DNA of 63,949 bases, counting the filler, from Craspedostauros australis (Eukaryota), in NCBI GenBank assembly GCA_030167865.1. It is 10 parts of 10 records of this genome, joined end to end, with 100 filler letters (N's around TTAATTAATTAA, not from the genome) between each part and the next. Parts side by side here need not be neighbours in the genome. Positions count along the whole stretch, not along the records: positions 32,750 to 35,300 come from JALAGF010003747.1; positions 35,401 to 39,048 come from JALAGF010003748.1; positions 39,149 to 50,044 come from JALAGF010003750.1; 7 more parts are not named here. One strand, given 5' to 3'. The translations under genes and the position numbers were made by a program. This document shows, in pieces, positions 32,750-44,316 of this stretch (position 1 is its first letter; every line of letters starts with the position of its first letter). Below the pieces are notes generated by a model that saw only the letters and a list, made by a program, of their open reading frames with translations, had not been told where the DNA came from and ran no database searches.

Positions 32750-34476
32750 TTTATTTCCTTTCTTCTGTTGACGTCAGCGTGGACAACCCACTGCATACTG
32801 TAGTCGTGACGCCACCCCCGGCAGCCGCCACGTCTGTGCTGGATGCCATTGCTATGTTCTAGTGCAAATCATTAGCTGTTCTTCGTGTCAACACAAGCAA
32901 TGGGTCCGCCATTCGAAGTCTCGCGTTAGATGGCGGAGACGGCGAGCTTCACATCTGATTGGAAGGTGCCATCTTGCTTTGCATCAACGGCAACATCGCT
33001 CGCATTCAGGAAGGATTCCATAACGACAGGGGTCCGTCAAGGAACGCCAACTGGCATAGTCACTTGTTTTTGGAATGTGTACGTTGGTCATGGTAGATGT
33101 TTGTACCAGCAGGCCATCTCTCGCAGGCGTACACCACAGTGGATCCAGCACATGCACATGTAGTAGTACACTCAGGATTGCAATTTTCTAGTAAAGCTAG
33201 TTGTTTTGGCAAGGTACCTCGTCGTTGCGGGATCCAAAGTGACACTGCGTTGTTACAATCAGTATGCTATGGCATGATTCCTATGGGCGCAACAGCGATG
33301 ATGCGTGAGACAAGACCATCAGTAGTGGCATGTTATCACGGTCCCCATTCTGTAATCATGGATTCACGCGTCTGCGCCACATGCCCCTCTTTGGCGACGA
33401 GACACGCAGAGTCTCCATCGCGTCATCACAATCTCACTCGTATTTCCATGTGATGGTGTCACATTGCATTCGCGCATACAAGTATGATGGCGATGATGAC
33501 ACTCGACATGCGAGGCAGACGTCATTCCTCGACTTGATGTGGTCGCACCTCTCTCCGGCATTGACGTCACTTGACATTGCACAGATGACGATATGCCGTC
33601 GCTCTGGGATGTCAGTCGCCCAGGGCTCTGCCACATCGACTGACTTCCCTGCATGGTTGGGAACTGCTGTGATTTTGGTGTGATTGTGGGGAGCGGCCAC
33701 CACACTCATGTCATGTGTGACACCCACGTGCTCTGACATCACCAATGTGACACGATGTCAATGAACTACATCAACGGCCGTGTCACCCCCATCCGCATGC
33801 ATGTCATGAACGTCATCTGACGTAGGTCGTGCGCGGACGCAGCACCAGCAACGGAGGTATTCGCGACGTCATCACTCTTCATCAGATAGCGCTGTAACGC
33901 ACGGCCATTGGCTGTTAAGTTGTGGCCACATCTGGTGGATCCAAACATAACAAGTTGAAGCATTCGCGCGAACCGCACAGGTGCTGTGGCACCGATGTAT
34001 GGGAATGCGACTACTTCTTCGATACTGTCCTGCATGCACCTGTACATCCCAGGTATTCCATGTATTTGCATTCCCTGCTGTTGGTGTCGCACAATCCTTC
34101 TCTACCCCACAACAGTGCGGATGTCGGCACGCATACACCACCAAACAGGCGAATCCGGATGAGGAGGAGTGACGTTGTCTGTCGACGACTGTTCATGTGT
34201 GGCGCTGTCTGATTCTGACACACGTTCGATGCATGGCGCGTGTTGTTAGGACGCTTTCTCACCTTGGATGACTGGCAGGCCGATGCACCATTCTGCACGA
34301 TGATGTTGCTCTGCGTCAGTGCACATGCACATCGACACATCCTGCACTACTTCCACAATAACCACGAAAATACCCCTTCTCGAAGCGCGTGCGCCACAAA
34401 TGTTCGTGTCTCATTGTTTGCACCAACAATGTACAGGCGTTGTGCATACACTGCCCGTGCACACACATTGACTTGG

Positions 34477-34558
34477 CATTCCCTGCACATGCACATTCCC
34501 TGCACATGCACATTCCCTGCACATGCACATTCCCTGCACATTCACATTCCCTGCACAT
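34477..34558 (+). repeat. 17-bp minisatellite (CACATTCCCTGCACATG) x~5
   Basis: Head-to-tail units with one G>T variant and no spacers. Confidence 0.92.
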
Positions 34559-35300
34559 CATGAACATGTGATGCCACGAAGTCCGCATGGCGTATGTATG
34601 TCGCATGTGAATCTGTACGGTGTCGCATACGACATATCACCAACACACCATCCCCCCCTCGTGCTTGGTTTGCACGGGTTAAAATAGCAATAGCAACGAT
34701 TGGGCACCCTCCCTCAAGGCATTAGAGACGCACAGACGCGCATGGAATCGTGCTGTCCAAGCGGAAGGTGCAGTTGTGACGGTTTCGGTCAACAATTTGC
34801 TTGTCAACTGTAGGTGGTGGGTGTTGGAAAGGAATGGAGGAGCGAGAATAGAGGGCAAATGAAGTCCGGTTGTGTCCGGCTTTGCCTTCCAGTGTCGGAC
34901 TTTGGCAGGTCAAAAGGGGAAGTGAAACTGCCAACGTCAGCNCGGTTAAACGTAGTGTGACCACGAACGTAGATGAGACGATTGAGAATGTGTTTTGAGT
35001 TGATTTGGTGGTTGTAAAGCTTGAGTTTTGTAAGATTGTTGTGGTTGAAGGTTGGAGAGGAAAACGAGATGGGCTGGTCATCACACTGCTCTGCTGTTGG
35101 TTGTCGCTGTTCATGGTCTTGTACATTTGAAAAATTGCTCCACAATCCCCAGGCGATGAAACCACGATGCTTCATCGCTCTTGGCAGGTTTGAGAGCTGA
35201 TTCTCCAATTGTTGGGGTGAAGGTGCGAGTGTTCCATGTCTTAGTCTTGTTCCAATTTTGCAGGATAGTCTTGCTTTTGATCCAAGACCGGCACATCCTG

Positions 35301-35400
35301 NNNNNNNNNNNNNNNNNNNNNNNNNNNNNNNNNNNNNNNNNNNNTTAATTAATTAANNNNNNNNNNNNNNNNNNNNNNNNNNNNNNNNNNNNNNNNNNNN
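35301..35400. other. Artificial contig spacer
   Basis: N44-TTAATTAATTAA-N44. Confidence 0.98.
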
Positions 35401-35402
35401 TG

Positions 35403-37070
35403 TACCATCAGAATCCGCATTCCGTGAGCGGCACAACGTCCGTCACCTTGTCCACCCTGCACACGTCCTGCAGCGAGCCCATCTACCCGCCGTATTCAGT
35501 TCGACTGGGAACGTGCCGTGACGATCCTAATCATATCGTGACATCGTCCATTGCCTCGCAGCAGCACGCGGGCACATACTTCGTCTTCGAAGACGCCATG
35601 AGCGCCAAATGGCCTGGGTCGCTTCTCACCGGCTGCGACACCAATGCCAGCGACGATGCTGGCGACGATACTGACGATGAATCCGAATGCTGTGATGGCG
35701 GCGCCACGTTCTTGCGCCTCCGCTTGAGCGGGGCGGAGGCATCCGGGTTTCTCTCGCTGGATCCGGCTGATGTCGATGGCATCTCACCATGTCTTGGCCA
35801 AGATGCAATTCGCACAGGTCAGCAGCATGCGGTTCGATTCGTTCCATGTGATGACGATGGCGTGGATCTATCTTTCTCCAATCTTGGGGTGGGGATAGCT
35901 TGCGCGACTTCGTACGACACCATGCATGTCGCGGATGGCGACGAGATCTGCTTGGGATCCTGGGACGATGAACGCAATCGGCTTGACCTTCATCAGAAGA
36001 TGCCAACTGATCTTCCTCTGTACTTCGTCCCAGCTTCCGGTGGTTCCAATGTGCAAGTGCGCGTTGCGAACATCCATACAAGCTGCAGCCACCCTCTCGA
36101 TGTCGGCTTTGCACAGCCCATGGTTGACCCATGCACAGCGACCGTGGAACAGCCCGTTGTTGAAGAAGACCCAAGTAAATACGACGGACCTCGCCTGTCG
36201 TTCTTGGACGGCGTGAGCAGATCATGGACCAACGCTGCATTGGAGGTTGGAGTCAACGCGTCAATCTACGACGTTTCATTCGCAGGCTGTGGATGCGAGT
36301 GCCATCGCGATGACACGATCATGCCTTCAGATATGCCAACTGTGGTTCCCGCACAGCCGTCCCAGGTTCCATCACGTTCTCTGTCCGGTGGTCCGTCCAT
36401 GATTCCGTCCAATGACCCTTCTGTGGTTCCGTCCAGCCGTCCGTCCGAAGCCCCAACTCGTGGCCCATCCCGGCTCCCGTCGCAAGCTCCGACTCAGGCT
36501 CCTTCTCGAACTCCGTCATACCATCCATCTCGTACGCCATCGCAGGCACCCTCCCGGGCTCCGTCGCAAGTCCCGACTTGGGATCCTTCCCAGGCTCCGT
36601 CGCGAAATCCATCACAGGATCCATCACAGGAGCCCTCGCAAAGCCCATCCAGCCCTCCATCTCGTGCACCATCTCGCGAACCATCGCAGGATCCATCGTC
36701 CCCGCCGTCATTCACCCTGACTGAGGCTCGAGCAACAGAACAGCCCGGGTCGCTTCAACCCTCAACGAGCAATTGCTCATCTGGTTGCGACATGTGGGTG
36801 CTGGACAATTGCATCGTTCGTGACGATTTTCTCGAGGCTGGCCTTCCGTGCAACGTCACTGCTCAATTCACTCCGATCGTCGGCAGTGATGGCGGTGACG
36901 CCCTGGAAGATCTTGATTTTGGCATTCGTCACCGAAAGCTCTTTCACCAACTGAAGACTTCTGTGTTCTTGGACGATGATGCAGTGCACGGCATGAATAT
37001 CCAAGAGAAGGCTCAGTACCACGTTGTAATGGCGACCATGTACACAGATCTTTTGAATCTCATTGGATGA
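35403..37070 (+). CDS. Extracellular-type protein with two HTSCSxP motifs and a long PS/PT mucin-like stalk; 5' partial
   Basis: Frame open from the contig start; LHTSCSEPI and IHTSCSHPL; ~30 PSxx tetrapeptides (~36321-36710); short Cys-containing C-terminal region with RHRKL. Confidence 0.75.
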   Translation, partial: YHQNPHSVSGTTSVTLSTLHTSCSEPIYPPYSVRLGTCRDDPNHIVTSSIASQQHAGTYFVFEDAMSAKWPGSLLTGCDTNASDDAGDDTDDESECCDGGATFLRLRLSGAEASGFLSLDPADVDGISPCLGQDAIRTGQQHAVRFVPCDDDGVDLSFSNLGVGIACATSYDTMHVADGDEICLGSWDDERNRLDLHQKMPTDLPLYFVPASGGSNVQVRVANIHTSCSHPLDVGFAQPMVDPCTATVEQPVVEEDPSKYDGPRLSFLDGVSRSWTNAALEVGVNASIYDVSFAGCGCECHRDDTIMPSDMPTVVPAQPSQVPSRSLSGGPSMIPSNDPSVVPSSRPSEAPTRGPSRLPSQAPTQAPSRTPSYHPSRTPSQAPSRAPSQVPTWDPSQAPSRNPSQDPSQEPSQSPSSPPSRAPSREPSQDPSSPPSFTLTEARATEQPGSLQPSTSNCSSGCDMWVLDNCIVRDDFLEAGLPCNVTAQFTPIVGSDGGDALEDLDFGIRHRKLFHQLKTSVFLDDDAVHGMNIQEKAQYHVVMATMYTDLLNLIG

Positions 37071-37359
37071 AGGAAGTGCAGGGGGACACCAACCTAGCGA
37101 TACATACCCGTTGGCTCATTGATGGATCGATAGATACATGCATATTGTTCGAGTAGTACAGGAATATCTCCTGTATGTGTCCTCGTTTGCGCGTGTACTT
37201 GTGCTTGTCGGCTGGCAGCTGCTTCGTCTCGCCTGCTGAGCAGCATACTGGCAGTCTGATGTCGAACAGACATATCTGCTGTAGTGTTCGTATACACCTG
37301 AATAGAAGGCCCTCTGCAATGCAGCGGCCGCACGTGCCATAGGCGTGCCGCACATCACC

Positions 37360-38460
37360 TCACGAATTCATCGAAATGCAGCACTGCTTCCATTCCTTGA
37401 CCATCGTCGCAATGAAATTGGCAACGTCGTCCGGAGCAGGACACAGATTCGCCGCGCGCGCTTGCACCCGCTGTCTCATGGTCTGCGCCTGCTCTTCGAA
37501 TCGATCCCCATCCGACAGACTGACGTAGTGGTACCGCCGTCCCGCAGCAATGGCGAGGCTTCCGTAGAATTCAGGGATCGCGTAGGCCTTGGGAAAGAAT
37601 TCCAACACGCTGGCACAGCTCCCACCCAACAACGGCAGACCCGTCAGCTGGGCACCATGCGGGCTCAGCAGGATATCCGTCTGTTGCAAAGTTCGGATCT
37701 GTTCCTCAAAGGACTTGCCTTCAAAGTACGCGACCGTCGCATTCCATTCCTCCGCATGGATCAGGGACCGGCCTTTGGATCTGCGCCGATTCAGGACCGT
37801 GACACGTGGATTGTCGCAGTCCGTGTTCGGCGTCGACCGCAAATTGGGAAGGAGCCGATCGGCATGCTGCAGCACGTACCCGCCCGTCACGTTGATGGAG
37901 ACGATGGTGCGCGCGCCGCGCAATTGATTGCGAACGGGCATGTGCGATAGGAATCCGGCGAGGAACGCGTTCTGTCGCAGGCGTTGCTGCAAGTTGGGCG
38001 GCATGAGAATCGCAGCGCGGATGGACTCATCGTCGCGGAATTGCTGCAGGTACGACCAGCAACCGTACAGCTGCTGCATGGCGTGTGCAAAGTGGTTGGA
38101 GTTCGGTCTCGCAATGAACGCGCATGCGACGGCCGTGGCATCGTCGCTGCGTTCTTCGATCTGCACGTGCTGCGCGAGATTGAACTCATCGAGGATGCTG
38201 CTGCGATCCAGCTGTTGCATGTCGTTGATCTCCACATGCGTCGTGTGGCAGCTAACCCGCGACCGTGGCTCTTGCTTTGGAGGCGGTTCGTTGGCTTGCA
38301 GCGTCGCGTCGTGCGTCTCAACGATGGTCGTTGATTCCACCGCCGCAGAGGCGACGCCGCCAACCAAGCGCCGGTTGCAACGCAGGGACCATGCGACGAT
38401 CCCAATCAGCAGGAGGATGGATCCAGCGAATCGACGATGGCGTCCGTGGGAAGATGCCAT
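37360..38460 (-). CDS. Glycosyltransferase family 61 (DUF563-type), type II membrane protein, 366 aa
   Basis: Basic N-tail plus TM (FAGSILLLIGIVAWSL); NHFAH; VTVLNRR; signature FEEQIRTLQQTDILLSPHGAQLT; VLEFFP. Confidence 0.88.
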   Translation of the reverse strand: MASSHGRHRRFAGSILLLIGIVAWSLRCNRRLVGGVASAAVESTTIVETHDATLQANEPPPKQEPRSRVSCHTTHVEINDMQQLDRSSILDEFNLAQHVQIEERSDDATAVACAFIARPNSNHFAHAMQQLYGCWSYLQQFRDDESIRAAILMPPNLQQRLRQNAFLAGFLSHMPVRNQLRGARTIVSINVTGGYVLQHADRLLPNLRSTPNTDCDNPRVTVLNRRRSKGRSLIHAEEWNATVAYFEGKSFEEQIRTLQQTDILLSPHGAQLTGLPLLGGSCASVLEFFPKAYAIPEFYGSLAIAAGRRYHYVSLSDGDRFEEQAQTMRQRVQARAANLCPAPDDVANFIATMVKEWKQCCISMNS

Positions 38461-39048
38461 TCATGCGCGTTCGATGGTCTCAGAGCAACTCCCTGATAAC
38501 TCTGCTCTCTCTGGAGCTGTGTTGCGAATATGCTAATATGCTAATATGCGAGTATGCTATTATGCGAGTATGATCCTTGTTGGTATGCAGTTGTTCCATG
38601 AACTTCCGGAGTGAAGTCGGTGCTGTGCCAATGTCACCAGCATGGATGGTTGTGTCCATGGCCGATGCCAGTTGTGACTCTCTGCTTTGCGCATGGAGTT
38701 GCGTCCCCTTCGCCTATTTCGTGTGTGAGGAAGAAAGATCTGGGACTGGACCTTTCTCGTGATTGACTCAGACACGCGCTTTTCAAAGAAGTGACACGCG
38801 AGTTGAGATTCAATGAGGGACAGACTAGTACCGAACACGGTATCAACCCGATGGGAGAAATTCCTGTTTTGGCGCGAAATCTTCCGACTTGATTGACCAC
38901 CAAACCTTTTTCTCCTCCTTTCTCTCCTCCATTCACGAATCCATCATGACTCAAACCTGACCGACCTGACTCACACCCCACCTGGGAACTATATGCTCTT
39001 CAGATCCTCCTTACTAAAACTTATCTCGATTCCTTCATTGCTGATGAC

Positions 39049-39148
39049 NNNNNNNNNNNNNNNNNNNNNNNNNNNNNNNNNNNNNNNNNNNNTTAATTAA
39101 TTAANNNNNNNNNNNNNNNNNNNNNNNNNNNNNNNNNNNNNNNNNNNN
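39049..39148. other. Artificial contig spacer
   Basis: N44-TTAATTAATTAA-N44. Confidence 0.98.
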
Positions 39149-39521
39149 TGTTGTTGTAATTGATTGTGTTAGAGTGGTGATTAACGAAATGAAATTATTG
39201 TATGCAGGGGGAACTGAAAAAAGGTTTTGGAAGGTGGATTGGATGGCTCGATACACGTTTGTGTCACCCGATTTCCAATGCTATGTCTGTGTGTGCTTGT
39301 TGTGTGTTTGGTTTGGCCATGTTGGTCCGCCAGTCCTATCCTGCGGAGATAGTTCGAAGTAGCGGTGGTGATGTTGGGGGTGTTTGTGTGGCGACGATGG
39401 TGGTGAGTAAAAAGGACATCATTCGCCAGCGGGATTGGAATACACTCTCGTGTGTATTGGTTGGTACTGTCACGGCATGGTGTGCCATGATGTGCCATGA
39501 TGTGTCATGCACCTGCGCCGC

Positions 39522-40832
39522 TTACTTCGTTGGTCGGACCTCCCAGTCGAACTGTATGCTCTCCAGCAACCGGATGCGATGCTGGGACATGGCCGATTGG
39601 CGTCCTTGGAAGAAGAGCTTGTACTGTCGTCGTTGGCACTTGACCCACGTGGCGAGCTTCTTGTCGGTGAAGGTGGAGGGCACGTGGCAGGTGTTGTGCT
39701 GCTGCTTGTACTCCACCAGGGCCGAGTACTTCTCGCACCAGTTGGCTTCGTGCGAGTCCCAGACGAATTCGACGTCGTTGAGGAGCTGCAAGCGCTCGGG
39801 CGTCATGGAGGACGACTGCGAGCTTTGCAGCATCTTGTACTGCCGGCGCTGGCGCTTGACCCAGCGTGCCAGCTGCGGGTTCTTGGGGTACGTGTGGGGG
39901 ACGGCGGAATGGCCGTTCTCGGCGAAAAAGAGTTTGAGCTCCTTGTACCGCGCCGCCCACTTCTCCTCATGGAATGGCTTGAGGTGGGTCATTGTGGTGT
40001 CGACCTTTTTGGTGCTGCCGTTCGCTTTGCTCGTGTCATTGTCGCTGCAGCCGCTGCCGTTGGGGGTGCCGTGGACGCTCTCATCGTTGTGGCTGTCCGC
40101 GCTCGTCTTGGATGACGTGGATAATGAGGAGGAGGAGGAGGATGACGAAGATGTGACCTGCGCGGGGATGGCGGCGGCTGCACGTGTGGAGGACAGTGAT
40201 GATGAGAACACATGTGTCGGTGCCGCCAATGGAGATCCAACGTACGGGGCAGTTCCCATGGATGATGATGCCGATGCGGTCGAAACGATGGTTGCCGATG
40301 ATGACGGGACCTGGTCGGAAACGGACAAGCTCGAGACGCTGTTGTGATGGTCCTCGGTGTGGCCGAACATCATCTGGGGGTGGTACGTCTGCATCAGGAG
40401 GTGATACGAGTTGGCATCGGCGGCAGGCACAACTGCGTTAGAGTCGGGTGAGATCCAATCCAGCGAGCTGGTGCTGCCGTTCATGGCTGCCAGGACGCTG
40501 GGGTCTGCCGCCGACAGAGCGTGGTCAAAGTCGAAGATCTTTGACATGGTGGCAGGTGAGTCGACTGGGAATGGATCGGCACTGGTTGAGTCCATCTCGT
40601 ATGGGTTGTGGCGCTCGGGGATGTGATGCTGATCCACAAGCACCGTCGTCGGCGTGACGAGCGTCGACGACGGCAGTCCTCCCGTGAGCGTGGGAGTCGA
40701 TGGCAGGGACATGGGTGAGAATGCTTCCATGAAGCTGCCTCGAATGGTTGTTCTTGTGCAGTATGGTGACAACGCCAAGGTTGCGATGGCGTTGTCGGTG
40801 TTGCTCTTTTTGCTGGAGACTTCCGTGCACAT
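39522..40832 (-). CDS. Helicase-associated (HA) domain protein, two C-terminal HA repeats, 436 aa (allele A)
   Basis: WAARYKEL...GHSAVP...LARWVKRQRRQY...ERLQLLNDVEFVW and WCEKYSAL...TCHVP...LATWVKCQRRQY...RIRLLESIQFDW; S/T-rich disordered N-terminus. ATG chosen at MCTEVSS. Confidence 0.88.
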   Translation of the reverse strand: MCTEVSSKKSNTDNAIATLALSPYCTRTTIRGSFMEAFSPMSLPSTPTLTGGLPSSTLVTPTTVLVDQHHIPERHNPYEMDSTSADPFPVDSPATMSKIFDFDHALSAADPSVLAAMNGSTSSLDWISPDSNAVVPAADANSYHLLMQTYHPQMMFGHTEDHHNSVSSLSVSDQVPSSSATIVSTASASSSMGTAPYVGSPLAAPTHVFSSSLSSTRAAAAIPAQVTSSSSSSSSSLSTSSKTSADSHNDESVHGTPNGSGCSDNDTSKANGSTKKVDTTMTHLKPFHEEKWAARYKELKLFFAENGHSAVPHTYPKNPQLARWVKRQRRQYKMLQSSQSSSMTPERLQLLNDVEFVWDSHEANWCEKYSALVEYKQQHNTCHVPSTFTDKKLATWVKCQRRQYKLFFQGRQSAMSQHRIRLLESIQFDWEVRPTK

Positions 40833-42027
40833 ATTGATTGATGCTGGTGTTGGTGTTGTTGGTGTTGTTGGTGTTGTTGGTGCTGACAATGGCGATGCCG
40901 TGTGATTTCTTCTGTGATTGTATTTGTTCTGTGGTGTTGTTCTTCTTCTTCTTCTTCGCTGCTTGTTCACGTTGGTGTGCTGCCCAGATTCGAATGGGGA
41001 TTGGCGATGGTGATGATTATTGTGATTGATGATTGATGATTGATGGCGACGGCTGTGGTTTGCAAGGGTAATATAATACGTGCGTTTTTGATTTTTGTGA
41101 TCGTTCAAGTTGTGAGGATTTGTGAGTTGTGGGCAAGATGGAATTGATGGATGTGATGGTGTGTGTTGTTGTCTCTCGCTTGTGTGGCTGTTGCTTCCGC
41201 GGTCGCTCTTTGTGGTGGTGATGGGTGATCACTGGAATGATGTGATGCGCTGCACTGGTGGTTGTGTGGTTGTGTGGTTGTGTGGTTGTGTGGTTGTGTG
41301 GATGTGTTGTTTCCACTGCGATCCTTGTCATCGGTGTTGTTTCTGTCAATTGTGCTTGATTCTGTCAAGTGTTGCTTTCTTCCAAGTACAATTGTACGAG
41401 GACCTAGTACTGCCACGAAAGAGTGGAGCAGTAGTTGCGCGCATTCGTGTGCACTCGTACGGTTTCGATTATCGCTCTGTCGTTGCTTTTCTTCGCTTTC
41501 TCCGTTTCCTTCTTCTGCCCTGGACGACAGCATCGAATGTCGTGATGGGAACCGGCAATGATTGTGACGCCATTGTGTGATTGCGTGTCGGGCGTGATGT
41601 CGTGCGAGCTGCTTGCCTGAGTCTGTTTCGTTTGTTCTTCTCCGAAGCCGCGGCGCAATTCTGCACGGAATTGACATTCGTGATGTGGAGCAAGCTGACA
41701 CTTGGCGCTGCCTTCGCAGAACGGCTAATCGGGTTTATGAGAACCTCTTTGGGCTTAATGACCCTCTCGGATTGGCCTAGAGACCATCAGCGAATGACGT
41801 ATGACACGTACGTAAGTTCAATAGGACTAAAGAAATAGACCCATTCCGAGCGATTCTTCGTGATTGCGCAAGGATGACGCCGCACGCCAATCGTGACATG
41901 ACACGCGATTTCTTCCAAATACCAAATAACCTCACACAAAATCGCGTCGCCCGTACAAAAGCCAAATAACGGAACATCACACCTCCTCAGTCCGCGTGTA
42001 GCCGGAGACGCAACAACGGAGAGATGG

Positions 42028-42051
42028 AGATAGATAGATAGATAGATAGAT
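42028..42051 (+). repeat. (GATA)n microsatellite (also ~53023-53046)
   Basis: Read directly. Confidence 0.9.
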
Positions 42052-44316
42052 CATGGGATGAAGATACCTACGAGCGCAGATGGGATCTCAGCATTGCGCA
42101 TCGGAGGATTTTCTATGAGATGAGACCAAGACGTGCAGAACATGTCCGCATGATGTCTCAAGCTGCAGTCTTAAAGTATAGCAGAGCAGAGTAGGTAGAG
42201 TAGAATGAAACGGTCGTATGAAGTGCCGCTGTGCTATCATGCTCCTGCCCCCTCAGTGCCGAACCGAGTTGTTGGGAGACGAAGCTGGTGAACTGACATG
42301 CAAGCCGATGGAACGCCTCCCAACAGGACCCGCACAAGAATAGTATGGAGAGTCTCACGAGGAGGTGGTCGTTGGCTGGCTTCATGCAAGCCCCATCTTG
42401 GAGACGTGCAGCGAGCGAGAGGAGAACAATGGGAAGAAGCGATGACTGGAGGAAAGAGAGAGCACAACAGAGGTATGAAGATCCATGGAGAGAGAGATTG
42501 GGAGACAGAATGCTGGTACGAATGTACTATTACACCACGCCTGCCATCCTACCGCTGCACTCCATACTCGCACAGCCATCGACGAGAACAACAGAAACAA
42601 GATCCCATCAAAGAGGCGACGAGGAAGGAGAAAAGAAGGAAGAAGGAAGAAGACGAAGAAACAAATGCCAACGGTTGGAGTATTGGGATGGCACCACCAT
42701 CCAGGGTGGCCTGTCTTGGTCAGGAGATCGCTGCTGGTGCATCTGGTTTATCAAGTGTGACAAGAGTTCTACAGGACTCCAGTCATCCATCATCGTGGAG
42801 TGATCTTGGTTCCAGTGCGGTTCTGCACCCCAAGAACCAAAGTGTTAACCTGCTCTTGGCCCTTGGCTCGCTGTTCATGTCCCCCCTCGTGCTCCATTTC
42901 TGGCCGCGGGACGCATCATCGCCCACGCACATCCCTGTCGAGGCGAGAGGGAACATCGCTTCCCGGTCCCTGGCCAACCTCAACCTCTGCTCATTATCTG
43001 CTCCACATCAGGGTTCTGGTTTGACATGTTGGAGGAATGATGTCAGCTCGAAGATTCAAGATACAGCGCACAACTCGTCCGTGGCGAGGTCCCAAGCGCG
43101 CTCCACCATCGCTGGTCCGTGTCTCCAGCGAGGCGCAGAACCGAACCGTGAGAAGGCAAGCGCGGCATTCCAGTGGCCAATGCGATGCTGTTTCCCATGC
43201 GACAATGACTTGCGCCAACAGCTACCGTATCCGCTTTGGCTGCGAACATGACGTCTGCGGCGTTTGTCCCTTTCTGCGTGTCCAAAGTACGAGTGGTGCA
43301 GGTCGACGTGACCGTGGTCCTCCAGAGGAGGCGGTAGAGGTTAGTACAGCGAGGCATTGGTACGTACGGCACCATGGGCATGTGGGTGTCGGTTGCACAA
43401 CACACGGAGCAGATACGGTAAAGGAATTGTGTGGTATCTGTACCTGGACTTCACGAGTAGACTGCTCTTGGCGCCGATCCAATCGTTGCCGCCGCCAAGA
43501 GAGGCAACAAGAAGCATTGTGCGTCAGGTATGCATGATAGTGCCACGTTCTCACAAGCACAATCCCACACCACAACTGCCTTGCTTTGGCAGTTTTGGAA
43601 ACTCAGTTTCTTCAGGCGAACGGTCACACTGGGGAACCATACAACCAGCGGTGCAAGTACGAGTACTTGACGTAGGCGCACCAGTATGTATGGACTGATT
43701 CATGAGAATGGCAGCTCGCGCGGGCAGAAAGGGAGACACATCATCACAGTGCTTACGACAAGTGAGGCCAATGCTCTGATGTGTCATGCGTGCGTGTGCA
43801 AAACGCTGCCGTGGATGTCCCGAACCCACAATGCACTCAGGCATGTGGTACCCCACAACCGGAACACCGACAATGTTGATGGAATCCCTACCAATTTGCT
43901 CGGAGGCAGCGGACAATGGCTCGGGAGCCACGTCAAATCGCATCGAGAACATGGAGATTGGGAAGTTCACTCTGTGCCGCATCACAAGGGAGGCTGATGA
44001 TGGAACAAAGATGAGGAAGGTCGTTGTACCGGCTCATGGCAACGGGGCATCACCTTTGTTTATCCGGACGAGTACTGGTAACACTCAATTTTATCATGAC
44101 ACCATGCAACGGTGGATTAATGGCCTACGTCATTACTCGTGGTACCTCCAGCACCGCTCTGGACGCGCATGTGATGACAATCTTGTACCACCTCCAAGCT
44201 ACTGCCTTGCGTGGGGCGGTGCCATCTATGTGTGGCGTGGTGCGGCGCGAGTATGCATCGTCGTCACTACCCTCTTCGCCAATTCTGTCGTGCCGCCACA
44301 ATCTGCCACATCAGCT

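Noticed and set aside
34477..34558. CRISPR-like array
   Set aside because: Units are contiguous with no unique spacers, there are no cas genes, and the context is eukaryotic.
34722..35300. 3' end of a LINE-like retrotransposon ORF on the - strand
   Set aside because: Stops in the candidate frames and no RT, endonuclease or RNase H motif that I can recognise.
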